Source: Nitrospirota bacterium (GTDB lineage Bacteria; Nitrospirota; UBA9217). Taken from it: a stretch of 64,000 nt of DNA. Each line of letters opens with the position of its first letter. Within the stretch, counting starts at the first letter, position 1. The notes beneath the pieces are model-generated. The model saw only the letters and a program-made list of their open reading frames with translations, had not been told where the DNA came from and did no database searches. The stretch spans positions 96,001 through 160,000 of the forward strand of contig DASPSR010000007.1 in NCBI GenBank assembly GCA_035623825.1, given 5' to 3'. Both the position numbers and the translations under genes were made by a program. Shown piece by piece: positions 1 through 9,186 of the stretch.

Positions 1-1
1 C

Positions 2-109
2 GCCGCTACGCTCAAGGACTACCAGCAGAAGTCCGCGGCCGCTCCGAAGAGCATGGGGTCTCTGGGAGACCTCCTGAAGGCGAAAATGGACCAAAAGGGG
101 CACAAGTAG
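2..109 (+). CDS. 3' end of a gene truncated by the window, probably S1 RNA-binding / 30S ribosomal protein S1 family
   Basis: Frame 2 reads AATLKDYQQKSAAAPKSMGSLGDLLKAKMDQKGHK*; 'MGSLGDLLKAKM' resembles RpsA-family C-termini. Confidence 0.5.
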   Translation, partial: AATLKDYQQKSAAAPKSMGSLGDLLKAKMDQKGHK

Positions 110-157
110 CAACAAAATGCGCGGCTCCGTGGTTATCCGCGAGCCCAGAGACCTGTC

Positions 158-775
158 TCATTGAGATGACTGTTTCGCTTCAACGCCATAAGCTTGGGAA
201 AATCTGTGTTGGGTAGTAAGATCCAGTTCTATCGCGGCTGCCCTGAACGGATACAGCAGTTTTTCAGGGCCTTCAAGTCTTGGCTCTATGATATATCGAG
301 CTATAGCGATATCTTTGAAGCAGCCGTCGCACCTGTTTTTTCTGACCCGATATTTCAACCTCATCGAAAACGCCCCGTCATTCGAGGAAATGATGTTATT
401 CATGATGCTGGAGAACTTTTCGACATCAGAGGCGGTCAATATGGCCAGAATATTAAGTGATTTATATTTCCTCTTGCCGTAAAGGTAGAGATTCTTGACT
501 GCTTCTCCTCCCAGATAAATGACATGACCTGAATTGCCGATAAAGTAATTGACAACGGGAACGATGTGTTCCCTGTCTTTTTTCTTCAGGAGGTGAGCAT
601 ATTTTTCAGGATTCTTCTCGAGTTTGAACAAGGGCATCGAACTGAAGTGGATCAGCGAAGGATGGTTGACATCCAGAGGGTCTCTAGAAAAAAAAGCGGA
701 TATGTTTTTCTTCTTAGGCAGTTTCGAAGCATGCTCCGGATGCCCTATTAGGTGTTCAGTTTTATGCTGAACCAT
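158..775 (-). CDS. Hypothetical protein with a degenerate nucleotidyltransferase (CCA/polyA-polymerase head-like) motif
   Basis: Long AT-rich ORF, likely start MVQHK at 775; GHVIYLGGEAVKNLYLYGKRKYKSLNIL resembles YLVGGAVRDLLLG..KDIDI. Confidence 0.55.
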   Translation of the reverse strand: MVQHKTEHLIGHPEHASKLPKKKNISAFFSRDPLDVNHPSLIHFSSMPLFKLEKNPEKYAHLLKKKDREHIVPVVNYFIGNSGHVIYLGGEAVKNLYLYGKRKYKSLNILAILTASDVEKFSSIMNNIISSNDGAFSMRLKYRVRKNRCDGCFKDIAIARYIIEPRLEGPEKLLYPFRAAAIELDLTTQHRFSQAYGVEAKQSSQ

Positions 776-1087
776 AATGCCGTTCCTCTGTACATCAATA
801 TTATAATCGAAACCTGAGAAAAAAAGAAGGGGATTATTTTTATGATAACAGTAAAACATGCATTTTTTGGGTGCTTGCCATGTAATCAAGCACAGCTGCA
901 GTGTAGCAGACATCAGTTTTTTCGTAAAATGAAGGCGACACAAGTCATTGATATCGCCATGCTCACTGCCCGTTAATATGCCGACTGGGTAAGGATATAC
1001 AGGCGGCACATATCACGTGCTCATTGCACATTCCCAGATTTTGCACAATGCTTGAATTTACCCGCCCGTCCATGGTAAAGTGCCTCC

Positions 1088-2779
1088 GTGCTGAGCGCGT
1101 TCATCATCTTCATCATTACCTATCTTTTCATCGGCCTCCGGCAGATCCCGCGGATCCATATCGACAGGCCCGCGGGTGCGCTCGTGGGCGCGGTGCTGAT
1201 GGTCGTCTTCGGTGTGCTCACCCTTGACCAGGCTTTTGCCGCGATCGATATGCACACACTGCTTCTTCTCCTGGGGATGATGATCGTAACGAGCTACCTC
1301 AGGGCCGCGGGGTTCTTCGAACTCATGGCAGACAGGATCCTCTCTCTCTCGAAAACGCCCCTCCAACTTCTTATCTTCATTATGGTCTCGTCGGGAGTAC
1401 TATCTGCCCTTTTTGTGAACGACACCATCTGCCTTCTTTATACTCCGATCGTCCTGGAATTGACGATCCATCTGGGGGTGAATCCCATGCCATATCTGCT
1501 CGGGCTCGCCATGTCGTCGAACATCGGGAGCGTCATGACTGTGACCGGAAATCCGCAGAATATGCTGATCGGCATCCATTCAAAAATTCCTTATCTAGCA
1601 TTCCTTGGCGCACTCTTTCCGGTGGCGCTCCTGGGTATAATCGTCAGTATCATTGCAATCCGCGTTATATACAGTCAAGATATGAAGAAGTCGCGTTTCC
1701 TCGAGAGGCCCACAATACCCCCCTACACCATAAACAGGCCGCTTTTGATCAAGTCGCTCCTGGCCTGTGCCTCGATTCTTGTAGCGTTCTCAATCGGCTA
1801 TCCCTATTCGCTCGCTGCAGCGGGTGGCGCGGTCATGCTGATGCTCATCGGCGGCGTGCGCACTGAACGGGTCCTGGAAGGCGTGGACTGGACGCTCCTG
1901 CTGTTCTTTTCCGGGTTGTTTGTGGTGATGCACGGTGTTGAGGTCTCGGGCCTAGCGTCGGCCATTATTGACCGCACGGGCAATGTCGGAGCATATTCGG
2001 CCGTGGGTAAAATCACAGGGATTTCCCTGGCCTCTGCCGTTCTTTCGAATGTCGTGAGCAACGTGCCAGCGGTAATGCTGCTGAAACCGCTCATCGTATC
2101 GATTGGCGGAGAACGCATTGCCTGGCTCGCACTTGCCATGAGCAGTACCCTGGCCGGGAACTTCACTCTCATCGGTTCGGTTGCGAACCTGATCGTTGCT
2201 CAACAGGCCAGAAAGAAGGTGGAAATCGGTTTCGTGGAATACTTCCGCGTTGGCGCTTTAGTCACGGCCATCACCATCGCGACCGGTATCCTGGTCCTCG
2301 CCTTTGAAGTGGAAGTTGTTCAAGGCGCTGAAGCTCTGGCGGGTGAACAGCAGGAAAGACAGATGACCGTAACGGTCACTCCACGTGGTTACTCGGCCGG
2401 TCGCCGGACATTCACGGTCGTGCTTCTGTGCGATACGGACCAGTCCCGTGCCAAGGGGCTCCAGGGATTCAGGCCGCTCCTGCCGAGGGAAGCAGCGCTC
2501 TTCGTCTTTCGTGAACCCGAGGCTGTAACCTTCTGGATGGGAACCGTCACCTACCCGATCGACATTATTTTTGTCGGTCCTGATGGGCATGTCATCGAAG
2601 TCGCTCAACGATGTCTGCCTGGAAGCCATGAGTTCTACGGCTCCGGAGTGCCGGTTAAATGGGTGGTTGAAACTGCAGAAGGATCGGGCATCATGATTGG
2701 CGACAGGGTGAAAATAGAAGGGTTCGGTGCCCATGGTCACAGGGGAACGAACAGGTCAGGGACGGGAGAGATCGAGTGA
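1088..2779 (+). CDS. ArsB/NhaD (SLC13-like) anion transporter fused to a C-terminal DUF192 domain
   Basis: Multi-TM N-part with LFVNDT, GNPQN, VSNVPAV, SSTLAGNFTLIGSVANLIV motifs; C-part RAKGLQ...ALFVF...FWMGTVTYPIDIIFV. Confidence 0.85.
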   Translation: MLSAFIIFIITYLFIGLRQIPRIHIDRPAGALVGAVLMVVFGVLTLDQAFAAIDMHTLLLLLGMMIVTSYLRAAGFFELMADRILSLSKTPLQLLIFIMVSSGVLSALFVNDTICLLYTPIVLELTIHLGVNPMPYLLGLAMSSNIGSVMTVTGNPQNMLIGIHSKIPYLAFLGALFPVALLGIIVSIIAIRVIYSQDMKKSRFLERPTIPPYTINRPLLIKSLLACASILVAFSIGYPYSLAAAGGAVMLMLIGGVRTERVLEGVDWTLLLFFSGLFVVMHGVEVSGLASAIIDRTGNVGAYSAVGKITGISLASAVLSNVVSNVPAVMLLKPLIVSIGGERIAWLALAMSSTLAGNFTLIGSVANLIVAQQARKKVEIGFVEYFRVGALVTAITIATGILVLAFEVEVVQGAEALAGEQQERQMTVTVTPRGYSAGRRTFTVVLLCDTDQSRAKGLQGFRPLLPREAALFVFREPEAVTFWMGTVTYPIDIIFVGPDGHVIEVAQRCLPGSHEFYGSGVPVKWVVETAEGSGIMIGDRVKIEGFGAHGHRGTNRSGTGEIE

Positions 2780-2827
2780 TATGAGACGGCGGAACGCGGA
2801 AGTGCAGGTTTTGGACCAGAAGTGACA

Positions 2828-2869
2828 GATCATGATCCATGAGCTAAGAGCCATGAACTATCAACTTAC
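2828..2869. repeat. Degenerate 7-bp tandem repeat (6 units)
   Basis: GATCATG ATCCATG AGCTAAG AGCCATG AACTATC AACTTAC. Confidence 0.4.
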
Positions 2870-3026
2870 GCATGATAACAATCCAGTCTGATTTTGAAAC
2901 ATCACTCATTGCGCTTGGATGACGAGCGAAAATCTGACGAAAGCCCTTAAAAATGCTTGTATTTCACCGCTTCATCGTTTATAATTAAAATTCATCATTT
3001 ATTTTCTGTCTTGGAGGTTAACTCGT

Positions 3027-3323
3027 ATGCCTATTTATGAATACCAATGCGGCAGTTGCGGCGGCCGCTTTGAGGTGACCCAGAAATTCAGCGATCCCCT
3101 TCTCTCCAGGTGCAAGCTCTGCAATGCCGAGGGTGTACGAAAGGTGCTCTCGCCCGCGACCTTTGTACTCAAGGGAAGCGGCTGGTATGTTACGGATTAC
3201 GCTTCGGGCGACAGGAAAAAGGCCGGGGAGGAGTCAGAGAAGCCCTGCAAAGAGGGGTCAAAGCCGTCCACGGGTTGCACTACGGGCACGTGCGCGTCGG
3301 GGGCCTGTGCATCTAAAGGTTGA
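3027..3323 (+). CDS. FmdB-family zinc-ribbon protein
   Basis: MPIYEYQCGSCG...CKLC...FVLKGSGWYVTDY; GGAGG RBS. Confidence 0.92.
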   Translation: MPIYEYQCGSCGGRFEVTQKFSDPLLSRCKLCNAEGVRKVLSPATFVLKGSGWYVTDYASGDRKKAGEESEKPCKEGSKPSTGCTTGTCASGACASKG

Positions 3324-3328
3324 ACCTG

Positions 3329-4120
3329 ATGGAACCGGTCCACATCCACATCCCTTATCCCAAGCTGAAGGATTATGTCGAGCTGCTGCGCAACCGTCGG
3401 TACGATCTCGAGATCTATCTTTCCGCTGCGGTGCTCGACCAGATAGAAAAACCTGACCTCGAGAGGCTGCTTGAACATCTCGACTGGACGCCCGCGCTCA
3501 CCCTCCATGCACCGTTCATGGACATGAACCCTGGTGCCGTGGACCCCATGGTGAGGTCGGTGACCCAAATGCGGTTTCGACAGTTCCTGAAGGTCGCAGC
3601 CTTTCTCAAGCCCCGAGTAGCCGTGTTCCATGCGGCCTACGACCGGTGGCGCTACAGCGGGCGCAAAGATATCTGGCTCGAGTACAGCCTTGATACCTGG
3701 CATAAGGTGATGGACTCCGCGTCGAAAATCGGCCTGCGGGTGGCTGTGGAGAACGTGTTTGATGAGGACCCCGAGGCGCTCCACATGCTCGTCGAGAAGA
3801 TCGGGAGCCCGGACTTCGGGTTCTGTTTCGATACAGGGCATTTCAACATCTTTTCCTCGGTTTCGATGGAGCAGTGGTTCGAGAGCCTCGGGAAAAACCT
3901 CATCGAAGTTCATCTGCATGACAACGACGGTAAGGCCGATTCCCACTGGGCTCTTGGGCGCGGTGATATTGATTTTCAGCGGTTCTTCCGATTGATGCGC
4001 CGCCATTCACCGAAGCCGGTTTATACCATCGAGGCGCATGACAAGGACGATGTGGAAGCAAGCCTAGGCCGTGTAAAGGCCCTCCTGCAGGAGCAGCGTA
4101 TCGAAGGCGGAAGACGTTAG
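3329..4120 (+). CDS. Sugar phosphate isomerase/epimerase (AP endonuclease 2 TIM barrel)
   Basis: HAPF, VENVFDE, FCFDTGH, VHLHDNDG..DSH, TIEAH motifs. Confidence 0.88.
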   Translation: MEPVHIHIPYPKLKDYVELLRNRRYDLEIYLSAAVLDQIEKPDLERLLEHLDWTPALTLHAPFMDMNPGAVDPMVRSVTQMRFRQFLKVAAFLKPRVAVFHAAYDRWRYSGRKDIWLEYSLDTWHKVMDSASKIGLRVAVENVFDEDPEALHMLVEKIGSPDFGFCFDTGHFNIFSSVSMEQWFESLGKNLIEVHLHDNDGKADSHWALGRGDIDFQRFFRLMRRHSPKPVYTIEAHDKDDVEASLGRVKALLQEQRIEGGRR

Positions 4121-4154
4121 ACATAACGAATACCGTATCGGCGGCAAGTTTACC

Positions 4155-4183
4155 TTGACATGACCAGGGTCGTGCCTTAGACT
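4155..4183 (+). promoter_or_regulatory. sigma70-type promoter, probably giving a leaderless TPR-operon mRNA
   Basis: TTGACA-N17-TAGACT, ATG 6 nt downstream, no SD. Confidence 0.6.
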
Positions 4184-4189
4184 ATTTGC

Positions 4190-5938
4190 ATGAAAAATAC
4201 CATTATAATCAGCATATTGATACTCTTCACCGCATCCTGCGCGACGGTTCCACCGAACATGTCCGAGACAACCGCCGGAAGCATGACCAAAGAGGAGCGC
4301 GCTCAAGCCGATGCCTATTACCATTTCGCGGCCGGTAACCTTCTGGAACAGGACGGGGAGTTCGATGCGGCCCTGAAGGAATATGAGGCGGCGTACAGCT
4401 TGGACCCTCACGCCGCCGAGATCGCACTCTCGCTAGCGGCCCTTTATATCCGCAAGGGGCAGCTCGACCAAGCAACAGTTTTTGCGCAAAAGGCGGCCGA
4501 ACTCGCACCGAACAAGACCGACGCCCTTTTAATGCTTGCCAGCGTCTATACCAATAAAAAGAAATATGATGAAGCAGCGGACATCTACCGGAAGGTTATC
4601 GCCCTTGACCCCAAAAGAGATGAGCCTTATATGTACCTCGGGTCACTCTATGCCGCGATGAAACGGTATGATGAAGCGGTTGCGACGTTCAATGCGCTCG
4701 CGAAAGTGAATCCGTCCTCGCTGATGCCGCCATATTACCTAGGCAGGATCTATACGGAACGCCAGATGTATCCTGAAGCGCTCGCAGAATTCAAGAAGGC
4801 CGTTGCGCTCCGGGACGATTTTGAGCCCGCTTACACCAGCATGGGTTTCGTCTATGAACTCATGGACAGGACCGGCGATGCCATCGAGATGTACAAAACG
4901 TCCCTCATGATCAATCCCCATAACCTTGAGATCATGCAACATCTGGGTCAGCTCTACATCCAGCAGAACGACCTTAATGACGCCTTGGAGCAGCTCAAGC
5001 GCGTGGTGGCTCTGGATCCGAAGAACTACGACGCCCACATCAAGATGGGGCTCATCTACGCAGAGAAAAAACAGTACGACAAGGCGGTTGATTCCTTCAT
5101 GATCGTTTCAAACGCCCTGCCCGACGACCTGAAAGTGAAGCGGTATCTCGCCTCCACATACGTTGCCATGGAGCGATATGATGATGCGCTCAAGGTATAC
5201 ACCGCAATCCTTGCGGCCGCTCCAGACGATACCGATACCCTGCTCCAGATAGCCTATATCTATGCTCAGCAGAAGAGAACGGCAGAGGCGGTCCCGCTCC
5301 TCGAGAAGGCTCTCCGGGAACAACCGGGTAAGCCAGAACTCTACCTCTATCTTGCCAATGCATATATGGACGTAGACAAGCCCCAGCAGGCGGTGGACAT
5401 TCTGAAAAAGGGAATCGAACTCGCTCCGGACCGAGACGATCTTGTGTTCAGCCTGGCGATAGCCTACGAGAAGCTTGGACGGCGCGACGATATGATTGCT
5501 GCCTTAAAGAAGACACTCAGCCTCAAATCCGACAACGCCGATGCGCTGAATTATCTCGGTTACACCTACGCCGAGAAAGGCGAGTATCTTGACGAAGCCA
5601 TCCAGCTCATCAAGCGGGCGCTTGTTCTCAAGCCGGACAACGGCTATATCCTCGACAGCCTTGCCTGGGCCTATTATCAAAAGGGCATGCTGAGCGAAGC
5701 CCTCGAAGTGATGACTAAGGCGGTCGCCAAGACCCCGGATGATGATCCGGTGATGCGCGAGCATTATGGCGATATCTATCTGAAGCTTTCCAAGAAGGAC
5801 AAAGCACGCGAGCAGTGGCTGAGATCGCTCGAGCTCGATCCGAAGAATGAGAAGCTTAAGGATAAGTTTAAGGCAGCGGGATTCGGCGATCCCGACATTC
5901 TGCTGAAAGACGTGAAACCGAGGAAGAACAAGAAGTGA
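4190..5938 (+). CDS. Tetratricopeptide-repeat lipoprotein
   Basis: Lipobox FTASC; many TPR units; ALNYLGYTYAE...YILDSLAWAYY C-terminal motif. Confidence 0.92.
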   Translation: MKNTIIISILILFTASCATVPPNMSETTAGSMTKEERAQADAYYHFAAGNLLEQDGEFDAALKEYEAAYSLDPHAAEIALSLAALYIRKGQLDQATVFAQKAAELAPNKTDALLMLASVYTNKKKYDEAADIYRKVIALDPKRDEPYMYLGSLYAAMKRYDEAVATFNALAKVNPSSLMPPYYLGRIYTERQMYPEALAEFKKAVALRDDFEPAYTSMGFVYELMDRTGDAIEMYKTSLMINPHNLEIMQHLGQLYIQQNDLNDALEQLKRVVALDPKNYDAHIKMGLIYAEKKQYDKAVDSFMIVSNALPDDLKVKRYLASTYVAMERYDDALKVYTAILAAAPDDTDTLLQIAYIYAQQKRTAEAVPLLEKALREQPGKPELYLYLANAYMDVDKPQQAVDILKKGIELAPDRDDLVFSLAIAYEKLGRRDDMIAALKKTLSLKSDNADALNYLGYTYAEKGEYLDEAIQLIKRALVLKPDNGYILDSLAWAYYQKGMLSEALEVMTKAVAKTPDDDPVMREHYGDIYLKLSKKDKAREQWLRSLELDPKNEKLKDKFKAAGFGDPDILLKDVKPRKNKK

Positions 5939-6708
5939 AGATATCCCGGCCCATTGCTCTTGCCATTATTCCGCTCCTCTTCGCATGCTACCCTAAGAAA
6001 CCAGAAATTCACCTGAACGAAGTCCCGTCCGCACCATTGGTCCAGATGCTAGAACAGCGCCAGCAATCGTTTTCCGGCCTCAAGGCCATTGTGAGCATCG
6101 AGACGGTCAGGTCCGGCCGTAAACGCGCCTATGATACCGTCGGCATCATCATTGACGGCCAGAGGCGGCTTCACATGGAAGCCTATGGTCCCTTGGGTCA
6201 ATCCCTCGTGACCCTCGTGTGGAACGGCACCGATATGGCGGTCCGCCTCGACGATGGCAGAGTGGTGAGGCCAGGGCAGGCCGGCCTTGAGAGGATTTTG
6301 GGCGTGGCCATCGATGCGCGAGAGCTCTGCGCCGTGCTGTCAGGCAACATTCCCGCTCTTGCACCATCGACGACAACGCGTGCGTTTCGTGAACCCGACG
6401 GCAGCTTTCTGACCGAGACGACCGACCGCGACATGCGTCGCCTCGTACATGTCCTACTTCCGAAAGCTGGTTCTGGACAGGGCATCCGCATCATTGATTC
6501 TGAACTATACCGGTCGGACAAGCTCATATATCGGGTCCGGTACGAAGAGATGGAGCAGATCTCGGGATACCTTATTCCAAAGAGCCTCCACATGGAAAAT
6601 CCCGAGAAAAAGATTTCCATGGAGGTCGTCTATAACGAAACGGATGTGAATGTACCGCTCAAGGAGGACTCCTTCAGGCTTCCTGAGGAGGGGGCCGTGG
6701 AACCATGA
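5935..6708 (+). CDS. LolB-like / DUF4292-like outer-membrane lipoprotein
   Basis: Lipobox LFAC; beta-rich; YGPLGQ motif; located between TPR gene and ispE. Confidence 0.6.
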   Translation: MKISRPIALAIIPLLFACYPKKPEIHLNEVPSAPLVQMLEQRQQSFSGLKAIVSIETVRSGRKRAYDTVGIIIDGQRRLHMEAYGPLGQSLVTLVWNGTDMAVRLDDGRVVRPGQAGLERILGVAIDARELCAVLSGNIPALAPSTTTRAFREPDGSFLTETTDRDMRRLVHVLLPKAGSGQGIRIIDSELYRSDKLIYRVRYEEMEQISGYLIPKSLHMENPEKKISMEVVYNETDVNVPLKEDSFRLPEEGAVEP

Positions 6709-7580
6709 ACGAAATTACGGTCAATGCGCCGGCAAAGATCAATCTTTGCCTGTCAGTGCTCGGGAAAAGATCAGACGGCTACCACGAGGTGGAGATGCTG
6801 ATGCAGATGGTCGGCCTGTATGACGAGGTAACGGTGGCACGGACGAGCCGCGGAGTCTGTGTCCGGTGTGATGACAGCTCGATACCATCGGGCGAGGCAA
6901 ACATGGCCTGGAAGGCCGCAGCAGCGATACTCAAGCTTTCAGGCAGTAATACGGGGCTCGATATAGAGATCAAGAAGGCTATTCCCGTAGCTGCAGGCCT
7001 CGGCGGGGGGAGCGGGGACGCCGCGGCTGTGCTTGCGGCTGCCAACAGGCTGCTTCAGACCGGTCTCAGCCGAGAACGGCTGGCTGAGGTGGGCGCCAAT
7101 CTTGGCATGGACGTGCCGTTCTTTTTCTACGGGCCCACAGCCATGGCACGGGGTCGGGGCGACATAATCACTGCGCTACGGCCGCTGCCGAGGTTCCCGG
7201 TTTTACTCGTAAATCCGGGGTTTGAGACCCCTACGGCATGGGTATACAATAACTTGAATTTGAGGTTGACAAAAAAAGTTGACTGTAATAAAATTGCAAG
7301 GCTTACGGTCCGAAATATCGCGGAAGGGCTCCATAATGACCTCGAGACCGTGACGGCGGCAGTACATCCCGTGATCGGAAAGATCGAAGAGGCATTGAGG
7401 GCCCAAGGTGCCGCCGGCGTGAGTATGAGCGGCAGCGGCCCCACGGTGTTCGGGATATTCGAGACCAAGAACGCCTGCCGGACAGCCGCGGAGAACCTTT
7501 CCCAAGAGGGATGGCGGCTCTATCCGGTGGAGTCATTGACCGAGTCGCCGATCGCGGAGTATCTTATAGAAGGGAGTTGA
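6705..7580 (+). CDS. ispE: 4-diphosphocytidyl-2-C-methyl-D-erythritol kinase
   Basis: APAKINL, IPVAAGLGGGSGDAA, DVPFF, MSGSGPTVFG. Confidence 0.97.
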   Translation: MNEITVNAPAKINLCLSVLGKRSDGYHEVEMLMQMVGLYDEVTVARTSRGVCVRCDDSSIPSGEANMAWKAAAAILKLSGSNTGLDIEIKKAIPVAAGLGGGSGDAAAVLAAANRLLQTGLSRERLAEVGANLGMDVPFFFYGPTAMARGRGDIITALRPLPRFPVLLVNPGFETPTAWVYNNLNLRLTKKVDCNKIARLTVRNIAEGLHNDLETVTAAVHPVIGKIEEALRAQGAAGVSMSGSGPTVFGIFETKNACRTAAENLSQEGWRLYPVESLTESPIAEYLIEGS

Positions 7581-7660
7581 AGTGATGATAAGGCACGGCG
7601 GCATGATGGAATTTCAGCGCTGAACGGGCGTCCGCGATTGTCCAGCATGAGGGGGCGTAT

Positions 7661-7957
7661 ATGGAAATCACAGAGGTCAGGGTATTTCCGGTAACGAACG
7701 AAGAGCGGCTGAAGGCCTATGCTACGATTACCATCGACAATGTGTTCCTCATCAGGGACCTCCGTGTCATCAATGGCAATGCCGGGCTGTTTGTGGCCAT
7801 GCCGAGCAGGAAGATGAAGGACGGGACTTTCAAAGACATCGCTCATCCTCTGAACAGCGAAACCAGGCAGATGATCGAATCGAAGGTCCTTTCCGAGTAT
7901 GAACGGGAGCTGGCGAACCCCACGAAACGGGAGTATCCGCCGAAGAACCCAGAATAG
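7661..7957 (+). CDS. spoVG: Septation regulator SpoVG
   Basis: MEITEVRVF...GLFVAMPSRK...FKDIAHP. Confidence 0.96.
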   Translation: MEITEVRVFPVTNEERLKAYATITIDNVFLIRDLRVINGNAGLFVAMPSRKMKDGTFKDIAHPLNSETRQMIESKVLSEYERELANPTKREYPPKNPE

Positions 7958-8007
7958 CCGTTGAGTCGCACCTGTATAAGTTCTGCCGATTCTACATCTA
8001 ATACGAG

Positions 8008-8033
8008 AGGATAGGCGCATGCCTATCCTTTTC
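8008..8033 (+). terminator. Hairpin (terminator or processing stem) between spoVG and tRNA
   Basis: AGGATAGGC-gcat-GCCTATCCT followed by TTT. Confidence 0.5.
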
Positions 8034-8075
8034 ATGTTTGTCCGGCCTAGATCTCATTTGAGATTCGGCCACCAA

Positions 8076-8149
8076 TCGGGGATCGTCTAATGGTAGGACA
8101 GAGGCCTTTGAAGCCTTTAATCGGGGTTCGACTCCCTGTCCCCGAACCA
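8076..8149 (+). tRNA. tRNA-Gln (anticodon TTG)
   Basis: Acceptor TCGGGGA/TCCCCGA, anticodon arm GAGGC-CTTTGAA-GCCTT, GGTTCGACTCC T-arm, encoded CCA; U1:A72 pair. Confidence 0.96.
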
Positions 8150-8176
8150 GTCTGACAAGAGAGGTCTTTGAAGATT

Positions 8177-9124
8177 ATGGTTAAATCACGAGAGATCAAG
8201 GTATTCACCGGGAACGCAAACCCCGCACTGGCAAAGGAAATCTGCCAGAAGATGAGCATTCAGCTTGGAAACGCACTTGTGGGTCGGTTCAGCGACGGCG
8301 AAATCAACGTTCAGATCGTCGACAATGTGCGCGGTATGGACGTCTTCGTGGTGCAGCCCACGTCGAGCCCGGTGAATCGGCACATCATGGAGCTTCTCAT
8401 CATGATCGATGCGCTCAAGCGGGCCTCCGCCGAGAGGATCACGGCCGTGCTCCCCTACTATGGGTACGGCAGGCAGGACCGCAAGGTGCAGCCGCGAGTG
8501 CCCATTACCTCCAAGCTCGTGGCGGACTTGATTACTACTGCGGGGGCGAACCGCGTGCTCACTGTAGACCTGCATGCGGGCCAGATCCAAGGGTTCTTCA
8601 ATATCCCCGTTGACAACCTTTTCGCGGCACCGGTGCTTCTCGAGCATCTACGGCCGAAGAAGTTCACGAACCTGACGGTGGTGTCGCCGGACGCGGGTGG
8701 CGTGGAGCGGGCCAGGGCATTCGCCAAGAGGCTTAACGCCGCGCTTGCAATCATAGACAAGCGGCGAGACAAGCCGAATGTGGCCCAGGTTATGAACATC
8801 ATCGGCGATGTGAAAGAGCATGATTGCCTGCTGCTCGATGATATGGTGGATACCGCCGGCACCCTGACCGAGGGCGCTTCTGCTCTCAGGGCGAATGGCG
8901 CGGGCAAGATCTACGCTGCCTGCACGCACGCCGTGCTCTCGGGGCCAGCCATTACCCGGATCAATGAATCGGCAATCGACGAGTTAATCGCGACAAACAC
9001 AATTGCACTCGATAACAAACAGCAGGAATGCAAGAAGTTGACAGTCCTTTCGGTAGCGCAGCTGCTCGCCGATGCGATTACGAGGATCCACGAGGAGACT
9101 TCGCTGAGCTCGCTGTTCGTCTGA
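8177..9124 (+). CDS. prs: Ribose-phosphate pyrophosphokinase
   Basis: FSDGE, PYYGYGRQDRK, DLHAGQIQGFF, VSPDAGG, DDMVDTAGT. Confidence 0.98.
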   Translation: MVKSREIKVFTGNANPALAKEICQKMSIQLGNALVGRFSDGEINVQIVDNVRGMDVFVVQPTSSPVNRHIMELLIMIDALKRASAERITAVLPYYGYGRQDRKVQPRVPITSKLVADLITTAGANRVLTVDLHAGQIQGFFNIPVDNLFAAPVLLEHLRPKKFTNLTVVSPDAGGVERARAFAKRLNAALAIIDKRRDKPNVAQVMNIIGDVKEHDCLLLDDMVDTAGTLTEGASALRANGAGKIYAACTHAVLSGPAITRINESAIDELIATNTIALDNKQQECKKLTVLSVAQLLADAITRIHEETSLSSLFV

Positions 9125-9136
9125 AATAAAATCAAA

Positions 9137-9166
9137 CCGTTTGAACCGTACAGATAGTTCAAACGG
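9137..9166 (+). promoter_or_regulatory. Perfect 10-bp hairpin just upstream of the rplY RBS
   Basis: CCGTTTGAAC-N10-GTTCAAACGG. Confidence 0.45.
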
Positions 9167-9186
9167 AGTTTACTTACGGAGGAGAT

